Assembly (NCBI GenBank): GCA_000442015.1
Contig: KE560785.1
Coordinates: forward strand, 1 to 48,766
Direction of reading: 5' to 3'
Length of the DNA stretch: 48,766 bases
DNA from: Rozella allomycis CSF55
Lineage: Eukaryota
Shown here: positions 1 through 13,781 of the stretch, piece by piece
Position numbering within the stretch: position 1 is the first letter of the stretch
Layout of the letters: each line of letters starts with the position of its first letter
Notes under the pieces: generated by a model
Seen by the model: only the letters and a program-made list of their open reading frames with translations
The model's database searches: none
What the model was told of the DNA's origin: nothing
Translations under genes and position numbers: made by a program

Positions 1-45
1 TAAGAAACAAAAAATAAAAGACATTAAATTAGATTATAGATTTAT

Positions 46-3000
46 TTATTCAGTTTCAGAGTCTGACAAAATTTCAATCAATTCAACTGGACTTTTTACC
101 GCCTGAACAGCTTTTGGAGATATTAAATGAAGCAAATTCGCATTCTTTGGTTTCTTCAAAGATTTGGTATCTTTTTCTATCGTATTAATGGGATCTTTGG
201 AGTCAAATATTGGTGAAGCAAACATTGAACTAAATAAAGGAGTAGATTTTCTTGGAGCGGATTTTTTGCTTGGTTTCTTTCTTTTTACAGCTTTAGGATT
301 AGCAGTGGATTTAATTGGAGTTGAATTAGCATTGAATTGAATAGTTGATAAATCTGATTTAGAATCAATAGTTGATAAATTAGATTTAGATACATTAGAG
401 AGAGATGCTTTAGAATCAATAGATTTAGAATTAATAACAACAGCTGCATTTGAATTAGAAACATTATTTGTGACAGTATTTGAAATAGGTGGAATAGTAG
501 TATTGGAAATTGATGGGATAGTTGGTTTGATTTCATTCGTTTTAGAAACATTCTTTATATCCGCGTTAGAAGGTTTTGGAAGAATTGGCTTAATATTCAT
601 TTGATTTTGATTATATATTTGATAAAGATTATGATATTGAGAATTAGAAAGAGTTATATTTGGATTTGTTGGAAATGAATTCTGTATTGAACGAATAGTG
701 TTATAAACAAGAGTATTTTGTGGAACATTAATTCGCTTTTGTTGCACTGCATTAACCTCTTTTAGTTTCTTGGAATCTTTTACGTTTGCAGATACATTTG
801 AAGGGAATTTTGAACCTTTTGGAGGTATTAAATCACATGGGTTATGAATTAATTGTGGATGAGACACATGAGATATTTCACTAATAGAATTTGATTTAGA
901 AGATGTTTTGTTAGTAAAAGTATTTGATTTAGAATATGCACTGATGTTTTTAGCTATAATGGTCTTCATAGATAAGTTGTTGTTAGATGAATCATTTTTA
1001 ATTGAATTAGAAGGATTGATTTTAATAGTGTTAATTTCTTTTATACCTTGACTATTTGATACAGCTTGTAGAATATTTGAAAGAGAAGGATTTTTTGTTG
1101 ATTCAATTTTGTTATTTTGATTATTTTGATTATTTAATTTGCTATTTGAACTAATATTGCTATTTAATCCCAATTGACTATTTAACCCTAATTGACTATT
1201 TAATCCCAATTTGCTGTTTAAACCATTTTTGCTTGTTTGTTCATTGTTTTGATGTTTCATGTTTGGATTGTTTGTTGACGAAAAAGATAAATTTGAAATT
1301 TTAATTGAAGGTTTGAAATATTCTTTAAAAGTGTTTTCTAAATCAAAAGGTACTCCTGTGACTTTTGGAATAGAATTCATTAAATAGAATTGATTATCAT
1401 TTGTTTCATCTAGACTTTCTAAGCGATTAAGATTGTTGTTAAACTTTTTTATTCTATCAATCGCAACTGTATCATTTATTTGATTAAATTTGTAATTTGA
1501 TGGAACTGCAGGGTTTGATAGATTTAATTGAGATTGATATAACTGAGATTGATACAATTGGGATTGAATTGATTGAAATTGATTCATTTTCGATTGATGT
1601 AACTTTGCATTAATCTTTGAATTTAATTTAGAATTTAATTTAGAAGGGTTTGGATTTAATTGCATTAGGGCATTTAATGCATCCACTTCTAATTCTAAAT
1701 TTTCTGTTTCATCAGGATCAGATTCTATATCAATTGAAGAAGATAAAACAAAATCATCATCTTTATTCTTTTCAATTTCCAAATCATAATCTTTAATTTT
1801 ATCCAATTCATCATTTTTAAAATTCTTTTTATTTCTATTTCTCTTTCCTTTCCCATAATCTTGTAACGCATTTTCATTATTCTCTAATAAATACTTTTCA
1901 AGATGAATTTTCCAAAAATCATCATTTGAATTATTTTCATTATTTTCTTTTTCCCAAACTTGTGCAAAAGAAAATGAATTTTTATTTTCATCTTTCAATT
2001 CTTCTTCATTCACAATCTTTGATCTATCCAACAATGCATCTATTTCATCCGCAGTATAACGATGTTCAACATACTCCTTTTCATTAAATATTTCTTCTAC
2101 TCCACACTTTAAAATATCACTCAAATCTTTCTCATCAATTTCCTTTTCTTCATCCATCATTTCTACCACAAGATGATCCAAAAACAACTTTTTTTTCCCA
2201 ACTTTGATTATCTTGTCTTCAATTGAATTCTTTGTCATCAATTTCAAAACTAAAACTGGCTTGGTTTGTCCTATTCTATACGCTCTACAATACGCTTGCA
2301 AATCTTGATGGGGATTCCAATGTGGATCATATATAATTACTGTATCTGCTGCTGTTAAGTTAATACCAACACCACCAGCGGTAGTTGACAACAAGAAACA
2401 AAACACATCAGACTCTTTGGAATTGAATATATCAATGTAATCTTGTCTCTTTTGTCTCTCTGTTGATCCATCAAATCTCAAATACTTTAAATTCTCATAT
2501 CTCATATAATCCTCTATAATATCCAAAACATGCGTCATAGTGCTAAACAACAACACCTTGTTTCCTTCTCTATTCAATTTCTTTAATATTTGATCCAACA
2601 ATATCATCTTTCCAGATGCATTAATCAATTGCTTATGTTCCATTTCTTTATCTTCAACTATCGGCTCATTATCTGGAAACAGAAATGGATGGTTAACCGT
2701 CTTTCTCAATTGAACAAGAATAGAATGCAATGCTCTTCTCTTTTCACTTTTATCATTCAATGATTTATAATTCTTTGTTAAAATGGCTTTATACATTGCT
2801 ATTTGTATTAAAGTCATGCTCACAGGTATAACAATCTCCTTCTTTGGTGGCAACTTCAACGCTTCTTGTTTCGTTCTCCTTAGAATAAATGGCTTCAACA
2901 TTTCATGCAATTCTTCCACTCTTTCTTTTGTCAATTCCAAGTATTTATTTTCCAATTCTTCTCTTTCTTTCATCTTTTCTGGTTCTAGAAAATACAAAAC

Positions 3001-5003
3001 ATTAAACAACTCTCTCAAATTATTTTGCAACGGAGTTCCAGATAAAATCACTCTATGGTTACTTTTAATTCCAATAATCTTTTTAAATAATTTCCCTTGA
3101 TCATTCTTCAGCTTATGTCCTTCATCAATNATCAATTACTAACGCTTCCCATCTAATCTTTTCAAAATATGAAATATCAGAAAATATCGATTCAAATGTT
3201 GTAATCATCACATGAAATTTTATAGTCTTCTTCTTTTCATCTTTCCATAGTTCATATTCTCTAATTATCTTTCTAGCTTCACCTGAACCATAATAACTAA
3301 CAACAAATATATCTGGACAAAACTTGGAAAACTCATTCATCCAATTTCCCAACGTTGAATTAGGAACGATAATCAAAAATGGAAACAACTTGTATTTTTT
3401 CAATACCATCCCAATAAACCCAATTGTTTGAAGCGTCTTTCCTAGTCCCATATCATCACACAACGCTGCTCCTTGTCTCTTCAAATATTTATACATCAAC
3501 CAACTATTTTATTTCATTCATTCATCAGTCTTACTTTATCCCCTCCTCTTGATGCTCCATTAACGTACAATTCTTTATAAACCCTGGCGTTCCTTTAAAC
3601 GGCTTAAATATTTTAGCTTCAAGGTCAAAATCAATCTTTCTTCTCAAAGTTGAATCTATTTTCTCTTTTTCTTTATATCTCTTCAAACACTCTTCAAACG
3701 ATCTTTTATATTCATCATCAATATCAAACGGCTCATATTCCCATGTTGATTCATCATAGTTCAAATCCTTCCATTTAATCAAATACGTTTTATCAAACTT
3801 GTGATCTTTATATGTCGGCCCTTTAAATACTTTATCACTGTAATCAAACTTTATCAAATCTTCAACGCCTTCCAATGGATCATCCCTCTCATTCGATATA
3901 TACAAGATTCTATCAATAACCTTCCACGCAGAATTATCAATCCCATGCGACTCTATCCTTCGCTTTCTCAAAAATTCATCTTCTTCGTTCCTTCTCTCCT
4001 TGAAATTCTTCAATTTCCTCGGCGACTTTTTCATCAAAAACGACTCTGGTATCCATTCATTATGTCGATGACTCAATTTCACAAACTTACAAAAATACTC
4101 CTTTTCTCTACCCTTCTCTCCATCCCCGCAAATATAAACACTTCCCAAGTCTTCATCATCGCTAAATCCCTCTCTGTCCCTCACATCCAAAATATTCTCC
4201 ACATCCTCACTCCATCGCACACATTTCGCACACGTAAAATCATTCCTCACATAATACTCACTATTATACTTGAACGCCTTTCTTTGATAACTCTCGATAA
4301 CAATCCTCTCACTCAAACACTCAAAATGGTATGTCATGAAACACTTTCTACATCGGAACATCACTGCCTCATCCCTTTTATCATCTCCACAATGGTAACA
4401 ACTTAACCATTCTTCTCTCACACAATACTTACATTCACCATCAACCCCGCGTCTATCACACGACTCGTGAAACGTAAAACTACACGATTCACAACACTTC
4501 ACATTCCTCTTGTCCTGGCATCTATAACACTCGCCTCTATGTCTATCATCACCTTCTAATCTCTCCTGTCCATCGCCAAACTCTTTAAATTCATCCTCCT
4601 CACTCTCCTCACTCTTATTTGTATCGCTCATCTCATCACCCCCACTCTCATCGCTCAAAACCTCATCATCNNNNNNNNNNNNNNNNNNNTCAAAACTTGC
4701 ATCACTCGTCCTTTTCTTATAAACTCTCTTCACTCTCGGCTTCTCACTATACTCGGACCCACTCTCCTCCTTTTCACTCAACATCTGCTCATCTTGCTCC
4801 CCGTCACTTAATAGATTCTCAGATACCGCACTCTCATACACCTCCTCGTTTAGCGGCTCCCCTCCTGACATGTCGCAACCAATATTCTCTTCGCCAGGTC
4901 CAGACATGTTTTCATCATACAAAATAGATCTAGATGATTTGGCAACCTCGCTTAAAGTCTGAGTTGGAATGTCAGACTGCTTGTCGATGCTCGGTGATTC
5001 CAT
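46..5003 (-). CDS. CHD3/Mi-2/Mit1-like chromatin remodeller (PHD fingers, chromodomains, SNF2 ATPase, low-complexity N/S-rich tail)
   Basis: PHD-like CYRC..CESC..FHESC and CYHC..CRKC..YHFECL; chromodomain YLIKWKDLNYDESTWE; SNF2 motifs DDMGLGKT, IDEGH, LSGTPLQNN, GGVGINL, QAYCRAYRIGQ. One 31-nt GT-AG intron at 3504-3534. The apparent frameshift at n3130 is a duplicated ATTGAT contig overlap. N-gap near 4671-4689. Start codon approximate. Confidence 0.9.
1160..1225 (-). repeat. 18-bp tandem repeat (about 3.5 copies) encoding (L)GLNSQ in the CHD tail
   Basis: ctatttaatcccaattga / ctatttaaccctaattga / ctatttaatcccaatttg / ctgtttaaacca. Confidence 0.8.
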
Positions 5004-5163
5004 ACAAGCCACTGCGTTCTACCGCATTGTAACATCGAGTTTAAATAAATCAATGAAGATGAGAGATTATAATTATAAATATATCTTTATATTTGCTTTA
5101 TTTCAATGTTCAACAATAAAAGAAGCGAAATTGGTGTCTATTAGAAATTCTGTTTATTATATT

Positions 5164-6674
5164 TTATGCACGTTTCTGTTTCTTCGACTTTGACCTAACA
5201 ACTACAACAAGGGATATCAAAGCAGGAACACTGATGACCCAGAGATACGAAGAATACTGAGAACAATATTTGCAAGCAACGTCAAAAGCTGAGACATTCG
5301 CCTTTGCATTCTCTTCTTCATCCATCTGTTTGAAAACATGAATAGCATGAATAGATTCTGACAATCTTCCAAAGCCATTAATCAGCGAAACAACTTCAGT
5401 TCTACTTAGTCCATAATCAATCCTAAAAACAATAACACTTCACAATTACTTGAATGGCGTATCTTGATATGAAAACAGAACCTTTAAAGCAGTTCCAAGT
5501 CCAGTGATCTGTAGCTTTCCCCACAATCGGCACTTTTCACATCCCACGCAGTCCATAATCCTAGATATATTTAAAAACACATCCCGAAATTGCTGTCTCA
5601 GTACAAGAGATTCAGGACCTTGAAACAATACTTTTTCATTAAACGAAGTGGGGCAGGACTTCATGCTATTGATCAAGGTAGATAATTCTAGCTGCGTCGC
5701 TTCATCATTTTCTTTGTCGCCTGTGCAAATATTAAAGTTTTTCAAGTATGGTGCTAGTTTCTCCAAAGCCCTTTGTGCAACCATGTATGCGAAATAAATG
5801 TTCTCAATTCGCTCTGGGAAAGGTTTGAGGCGAAAATCGTATATTTCCTTGTTGATTCCCTGGTATTGGTGAACAATATTTCTTTACCCAAGTTTTTGTG
5901 GTGGAATTATAGTATTCGTACGCTATATGTGTTGAAATGGATGCGTGAAGACCTATCAAGTATGAAAACTATTATTTACCTGATATTAACCTATAAAAGA
6001 CTTTCTTTTCCAGGCATATTGAATTAAATTCTTGAGACATTAGTTCGGGCACATATCGAAAGCAATTTTCATCGTATATCGACTTCCAAACCTTTGCCGC
6101 AGAAGCACCTTGATAACCAGTAAAGCGTTCTGGATTTTCCAACAAGTCTACATACATAACATCATCTATTGTGAATCATCGTATTGAATAACTACCGGAA
6201 TCATCGAATGGATTATCCAACACACAAAAATCCTTGTTGGTGACTTCGCAAGTCTTTTTGAACAATGGGTTCTATCTTTACCCTGATAAATAATTTACAA
6301 TGGGTGTGTTAAAAGTAACAGAGCCAAGATCTGCATCAACCAACTCGCTTGGTATATTTTCCTTCTTCTTTACAGCACAGCCTTGCATTGAACATAACTT
6401 TTCCTCTTCCCAGAATGGACACGGGCGCCCTAAATTCACTTTGTAGTATCTGAAATATGGCTCTTTTAAAATTTGTTTGAGTTTCGGATATATTTGCTCA
6501 TTGTACATTTCGATATTGTTGCATTGTTCGTGACATAGCGAGGTTTCGTCCAGGAATTCGTGTTCGCTCTGTTTAGAGCTTTAAAAGATTTTTTACGTTA
6601 TGACAATTGAAAATATCTTCGCAATAACCTGCCAAGAGAAGAGTAGAAATGGTTGTCAAGAATTCTACTTTCAT
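5164..6674 (-). CDS. ERO1: Endoplasmic reticulum oxidoreductin 1
   Basis: Signal peptide [16 protein letters not shown]; motifs [46 protein letters not shown]; six GT-AG introns of 27-30 nt restore the frame. Confidence 0.95.
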
Positions 6675-6809
6675 GGGTGACGTGGCATTCGATCGTATTC
6701 AAAACTATCAAATGAGACAGTAATTATAATCAATCAAAATTAAAATTTAAATTATGGTAATATAGAAGAATAATTTATTGCATTTAGGAATTATTATCAA
6801 TCGCTTGAA

Positions 6810-7436
6810 TTAATTTAATGCACCCAACGCTGGTAATTCAACTTGCATTTTCTTTAAAGTTGTATCTTTTAAATATTCGTTTATGCTTTCAATCGATTTG
6901 GAAGCATCAATTATAGTCCACCATTCTTCTTTCATCCTTAAGAATTGCTCCATCACTCTCTTTTGCATTTCTAGTGTTTCATATCTTTCTTGTCCAAAAT
7001 CACCTCTTTTTGATGCTTGTTCTAATTCTAACTGAAAAAAGTACAAGACGTCAGGCTTTGGGAGCCCCTTATCGCATGCTCTGCACCACTCCAAGTCTAG
7101 TCCTTTAGCTGCTGAAAATGCAATTCCCGAATACACGTATCTATCTAAAATAACTGAAGTTCCAGAGTTCAATAACTGTACAATCTTTTCCTTCAATTCC
7201 CATCTGTTAGCTGAAAACAAAAGATGAATGCATTGATCGTTTAGATTATTGGATGAGGTTAAATACTGATTAATGACTTTTCCGATATCCGTTGTTCTAT
7301 CTGGAAATCGCAAGAGTTCTACACTTGTTCTTTCTTTAAGGAATTCATATAACAATTTTGATTGTGTAGATTTTCCAGACCTATCGCATCCTTCAAAGAC
7401 TATAAGAATCCCCCTTTTTCTTTCTTCCTGGCTCAT
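6810..7436 (-). CDS. CDC8: Thymidylate kinase (intronless)
   Basis: RGILIVFEGCDRSGKSTQ P-loop, RFPDRTT, LLFSANRWE, DRYVYSGIAFS; first ATG at 7436. Confidence 0.95.
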   Translation of the reverse strand: MSQEERKRGILIVFEGCDRSGKSTQSKLLYEFLKERTSVELLRFPDRTTDIGKVINQYLTSSNNLNDQCIHLLFSANRWELKEKIVQLLNSGTSVILDRYVYSGIAFSAAKGLDLEWCRACDKGLPKPDVLYFFQLELEQASKRGDFGQERYETLEMQKRVMEQFLRMKEEWWTIIDASKSIESINEYLKDTTLKKMQVELPALGALN

Positions 7437-7474
7437 CAACCGCTGTTTTTGGATTAGCAACCAGAATTTCGTAA

Positions 7475-9684
7475 ATGGATGCGGCTTCCCGCACTGCTAG
7501 ATTTGACGTACAGCTCACAGAAAATAGATTCGAAGAGGTAAGAATAATTTAAACTAAAAATTTGCTATCCAAGTTACGAGCTGTAAAGAGAAAAGACTTT
7601 GAAGAAAAAAGCTTACGAGATCCTACGTATACACTAGTTGGAACATGCTTAGACAAGTGTCCAGAATATGAAAGACATGAAAGAGAAATACATTTAGATT
7701 TAAGCTCATTTGAAATGGTATTGAGAAGTATGCTTTTTTAGAAAAGATTCCGGGAACTGAAACCCATAATCAGAGTGGAGATTATCCAAGAATAGATCAT
7801 TTTAAAGCTGTCAAAAAATATCACAGACCTGCTGCGGGGAATGAACAGCCGTTACCAGAAGATGTGCGACCGTCAAAAGTCTTGCTTGTACCTGGCATCT
7901 ACTCATTTAATAATTAGGAAACTATGGATTATCTTGTTAAAGATGTATTAGATCGAAAAGATATATCGTTTAGTGCTGTTCACAATTTTATTCGGGACCG
8001 GACACGATCGATTCGACAAGATTTTACTCTTCAGAATATACGGGATGATTGTTGTGTTAGAATACATGAAAGGATTGCAAGATTTCATATTGTGTCAGGT
8101 TATTTACTTTGTGAAGAAGATCCAGCAGAATTTGATGCATTTCAGAATACAGAGCAGCTTCGGAAAGTTCTTCAATCTTTGCATGAGTTTTATACAGATG
8201 CAGCGAAAACTGCGGGTAGGGATAACTTGACTTTTGAAAATGAACCTGAATTTCGGTGTTATTATATTCTAACGCACTTGAAAGATACAGAAGTTTTCAG
8301 AAAAAGTCTTTCTTTTCATCCACTAGTATTTAAACACCCGTTAGTCCAGTTTGCATTAAGATGCTGCCTAGCGTTTCATTGTTCAAATTACGTTGAATTT
8401 TTCAGGTTGTTTCAAACAGCCCCGTTTTTAGCCTCTTGTCTTTTGCATTCTCATTTAAAAGATATTCGTTTATCAGCTTATAATATTATGAGCAGGGCTT
8501 ACCTTGGAAGTGAAGCTATTCCTGAAAAGTTTATAATGGAAACGCTCTGTTTTGAGGATAGGTTAGATCTAGAAATGTTTTGTGAGTTTGTTGGAGCTAA
8601 ATTGGAAAATGGAGTTTTGTTTTTTAATAGAGATGGGGAAATAGAGAATGATAAATATAAAAATCGTCGCTCATTTCTCATTGACTCTAAAAATTCGTTA
8701 CCTTTATCTGATGTTGTTAATGGAAACAGCAACAATGAATTGGTGGATTACGTTCCTCTCGTCAAAGAAACAAAAGTAGTCGAAATGAAAGATATTGATA
8801 TGGTTGACTTTTCGGAGGACTCACAACCGAATCAGGTAATGCCACTGAAACCCTTAAGACAAATCCAACCAAAAGATGAATTTGATATTGATGGATTTTC
8901 CACTCATATTCTTCATGAATTAGTTGACGATTTCTTCAATAATTTTTATATTAATTTAGTTTCCAAAGTTTATAATGACGAAATTTCTAAATTTAAAAAG
9001 GCCGCATTAGATTATACTTGTGTAGATTTATATAAACAAATAGAAAATGAAACAGTGTGTCAGTCATTGAAATCTATTATTCAAAATCAAATTAATGTTA
9101 GCAAGAAAAAAGAATTCGTTGATGCCTTCAGTATTGAAAGCGCAAGAAACTTTTTAAATCAAGAAATCACAAGTTATACGGCTTCATGTATTTTGGTCAT
9201 GTTGGCTGAAGAATTTATGGCTAAGACATATAAAGGCAAGTTTTTAACAAATTGGATATCTTTGTATAAAACAAAAAGGAAACAAAGAATCGAACGTGAA
9301 AAACGCCAGCAGCGAGAAACTCATATAAAAGATCAAGTTCGCGTAATTTCTCAATCCTCGCTTCCCCGACATTTTGTTGCAAATGATAATAGATTTTTTA
9401 CCCCAAAGAAAGCATCAAAAATTGAAACTGAACCACTACCAGAAGTTAACCGCAATACCCAAGTTAATCAAAAATCAGAACCTAATTTTGAATCATTTGT
9501 ATCACCTACGAAAAGTTCAAAGAGAAGGAAAAAAGAAGATGAAGCGACAAAAAATCATATTTCAATAAATGCAACGAATGGCGATGAAAGACCTGTTTCA
9601 GATAACGATACACTGTTTGACGCCATTAAGAAGGAAAGAGAAGAAAATGAGCAATTCGAGAAAATGCTTTTGTCTCTACAATAA
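7475..9684 (+). CDS. SAC3: SAC3/GANP family TREX-2 mRNA export scaffold
   Basis: LVGTCLDKCPEYER, AVKKYHRPAAG, FIRDRTRSIRQDFTLQ, ENEPEFRCYYIL; introns 7538-7564 (or 7573), 7718-7746 and 7888-7917. Confidence 0.9.
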
Positions 9685-9872
9685 AATATTTTTTATTTAT
9701 TAATGAAGTCTGATTCTTTCATATTATGACAACATCAACTACGTCTTTGTTTCAAACGAGGTGATTTCTTTTTTGAATCGGTACCTAAAATGAATAGAAC
9801 GATGAAGCGAAAACAATGAAGTTCTGGCTTTATAATAATCCAAATTAATGTAAAATGCTACAAGTTCTTTAT

Positions 9873-10433
9873 TTACGTTTGTTTCGACTTGAGATCCTTT
9901 ATGAAATCACAATCAGTAAGCTCTAATTTCTGGGCATTACCAACCTCTTGATACTTGCATTTTTCCTCGTCGATTATTTTAAAGCAAACTGGAAACGTAT
10001 CCGCAAGTTTATGAGTCCAAATGGGAATACAATCAAATGTCATTGGAAGACATTCGGTTATCTTTTGCTCGGGATAGAGCTGTTTCTGACATGGTATCGA
10101 ATAAAATTTGTCTTTATCGATATTTTGGTAAGCGTCCACACATTCAGAAACATTGAGCAGGTTTTCTTTAGACAAAAACGATGCGATCGTCGAATTGTCA
10201 GGGACTTTGAAGACTTCACGAATGGCCTTTTCAGGTGTATATCTTTTATCTTGGCTTGTGTCTTTACACTTTTGCACAGCGTCGACGAGGTCTACCATTG
10301 CTCGACCTGGTCTCTGGCTAGTCCCAGTACTCAATCTTGAATATCTTAACAATGCGAGTAGAGTATCTCTGTTATCATATTCTCTACCATACGCAAAAGA
10401 CAAAATAGCCAACAAAAGGAGTTTCACAAACAT
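9873..10433 (-). CDS. Hypothetical small secreted Cys-containing protein
   Basis: Intronless ORF of about 186 aa; signal-peptide-like MFVKLLLLAILSFAYG; 8 Cys in the mature region; no recognised family. Confidence 0.6.
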   Translation of the reverse strand: MFVKLLLLAILSFAYGREYDNRDTLLALLRYSRLSTGTSQRPGRAMVDLVDAVQKCKDTSQDKRYTPEKAIREVFKVPDNSTIASFLSKENLLNVSECVDAYQNIDKDKFYSIPCQKQLYPEQKITECLPMTFDCIPIWTHKLADTFPVCFKIIDEEKCKYQEVGNAQKLELTDCDFIKDLKSKQT

Positions 10434-10593
10434 CGTGCAGATGAGACAGGAGTACAACGTAACATATTAGGTAGCCCATTAGTTAAAATTAGAAAACGGT
10501 TCTATAAATAACTATTTTTTTTGCAAAGTCAACCGAATCAGTAAATTATTTATAATTATTTGAAAGGAACTTGATCAATTTAAAACTAAATAT

Positions 10594-10760
10594 ATGACAC
10601 AAAAGCTTAGCATTGAACAGAAGATAAGCGAAGCCGAAAAACGAGTTCGAGAAGAAGAGGTAGACAAAAGAAGAGATACTGAAAATCAATACCAGTCACT
10701 TAAGCGGCAACGAGATTCCCTTCAACAAGAATTTGAGAATCTTCATTCCAGATATTTGTA
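10594..10760 (+). CDS. Short coiled-coil ORF, possibly a 5' exon spliced onto NF-YB
   Basis: MTQKLSIEQKISEAEKRVREEEVDKRRDTENQYQSLKRQRDSLQQEFENLHSRY; frame open back to 10567 after a 26-nt GT-AG intron-like segment at 10541-10566. Confidence 0.4.
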
Positions 10761-10808
10761 AAAAGGGTAACATGAGCTCCATTTTGTAATGCCCAAAATG
10801 CAAGCCAC

Positions 10809-11171
10809 ATGGACAACCAACAGCATAACACAGCAGAATCATTTGAAGGCTTCAAAGAAAATGATAGATTACTACCTATAGCAAATGTTGGACGCATAAT
10901 GAAATCTATTTTACCGGCGAACGCCAAGATAGCTAAAGATGCCAAGGAATCGATGCAAGAATGTGTTTCTGAATTTATTTGTTTTATTACTAGCGAGGCT
11001 TCTGACCGTTGTTTGGCAGAAAAGAGGAAAACGATGAATGCGGAGGATATTCTGGTTGCAATGGAAGCGCTAGGTTTTGATAACTATGTAGAGATTTTGA
11101 GAAAGTATATGCAAAAATATAAAATTGCTTCGACAGCGATTACTAATAATACAACGCCAACAGATGAATGA
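10809..11171 (+). CDS. HAP3: CCAAT-binding factor subunit NF-YB/HAP3 (histone fold)
   Basis: [56 protein letters not shown]. Confidence 0.93.
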   Translation: MDNQQHNTAESFEGFKENDRLLPIANVGRIMKSILPANAKIAKDAKESMQECVSEFICFITSEASDRCLAEKRKTMNAEDILVAMEALGFDNYVEILRKYMQKYKIASTAITNNTTPTDE

Positions 11172-11211
11172 AAAATAAACAGTGTTTAAATTGGTTTACT
11201 TAAAGAATTTA

Positions 11212-13714
<2,503 letters not shown>

Positions 13715-13781
13715 TATTGCAGGGGTCACATTCCAGAATATTCAATTAAATATACCCAAAAATTTGAATTTAAGTGTGGCT

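Noticed and set aside
1183-1192. Telomere-like taaccctaa
   Set aside because: A single unit inside the coding LGLNSQ repeat.
3120-3140. Apparent frameshift splitting the CHD ATPase into two ORFs
   Set aside because: ATTGAT is duplicated on both sides of a single n, so this is a contig-overlap artefact and not programmed frameshifting.
10459-10523. Upstream micro-exons for the coiled-coil ORF using 24-nt GT-AG and 25-nt GT-TG introns
   Set aside because: The frame works, but both introns fall below the 26-nt floor seen elsewhere and there is no homology to anchor them.
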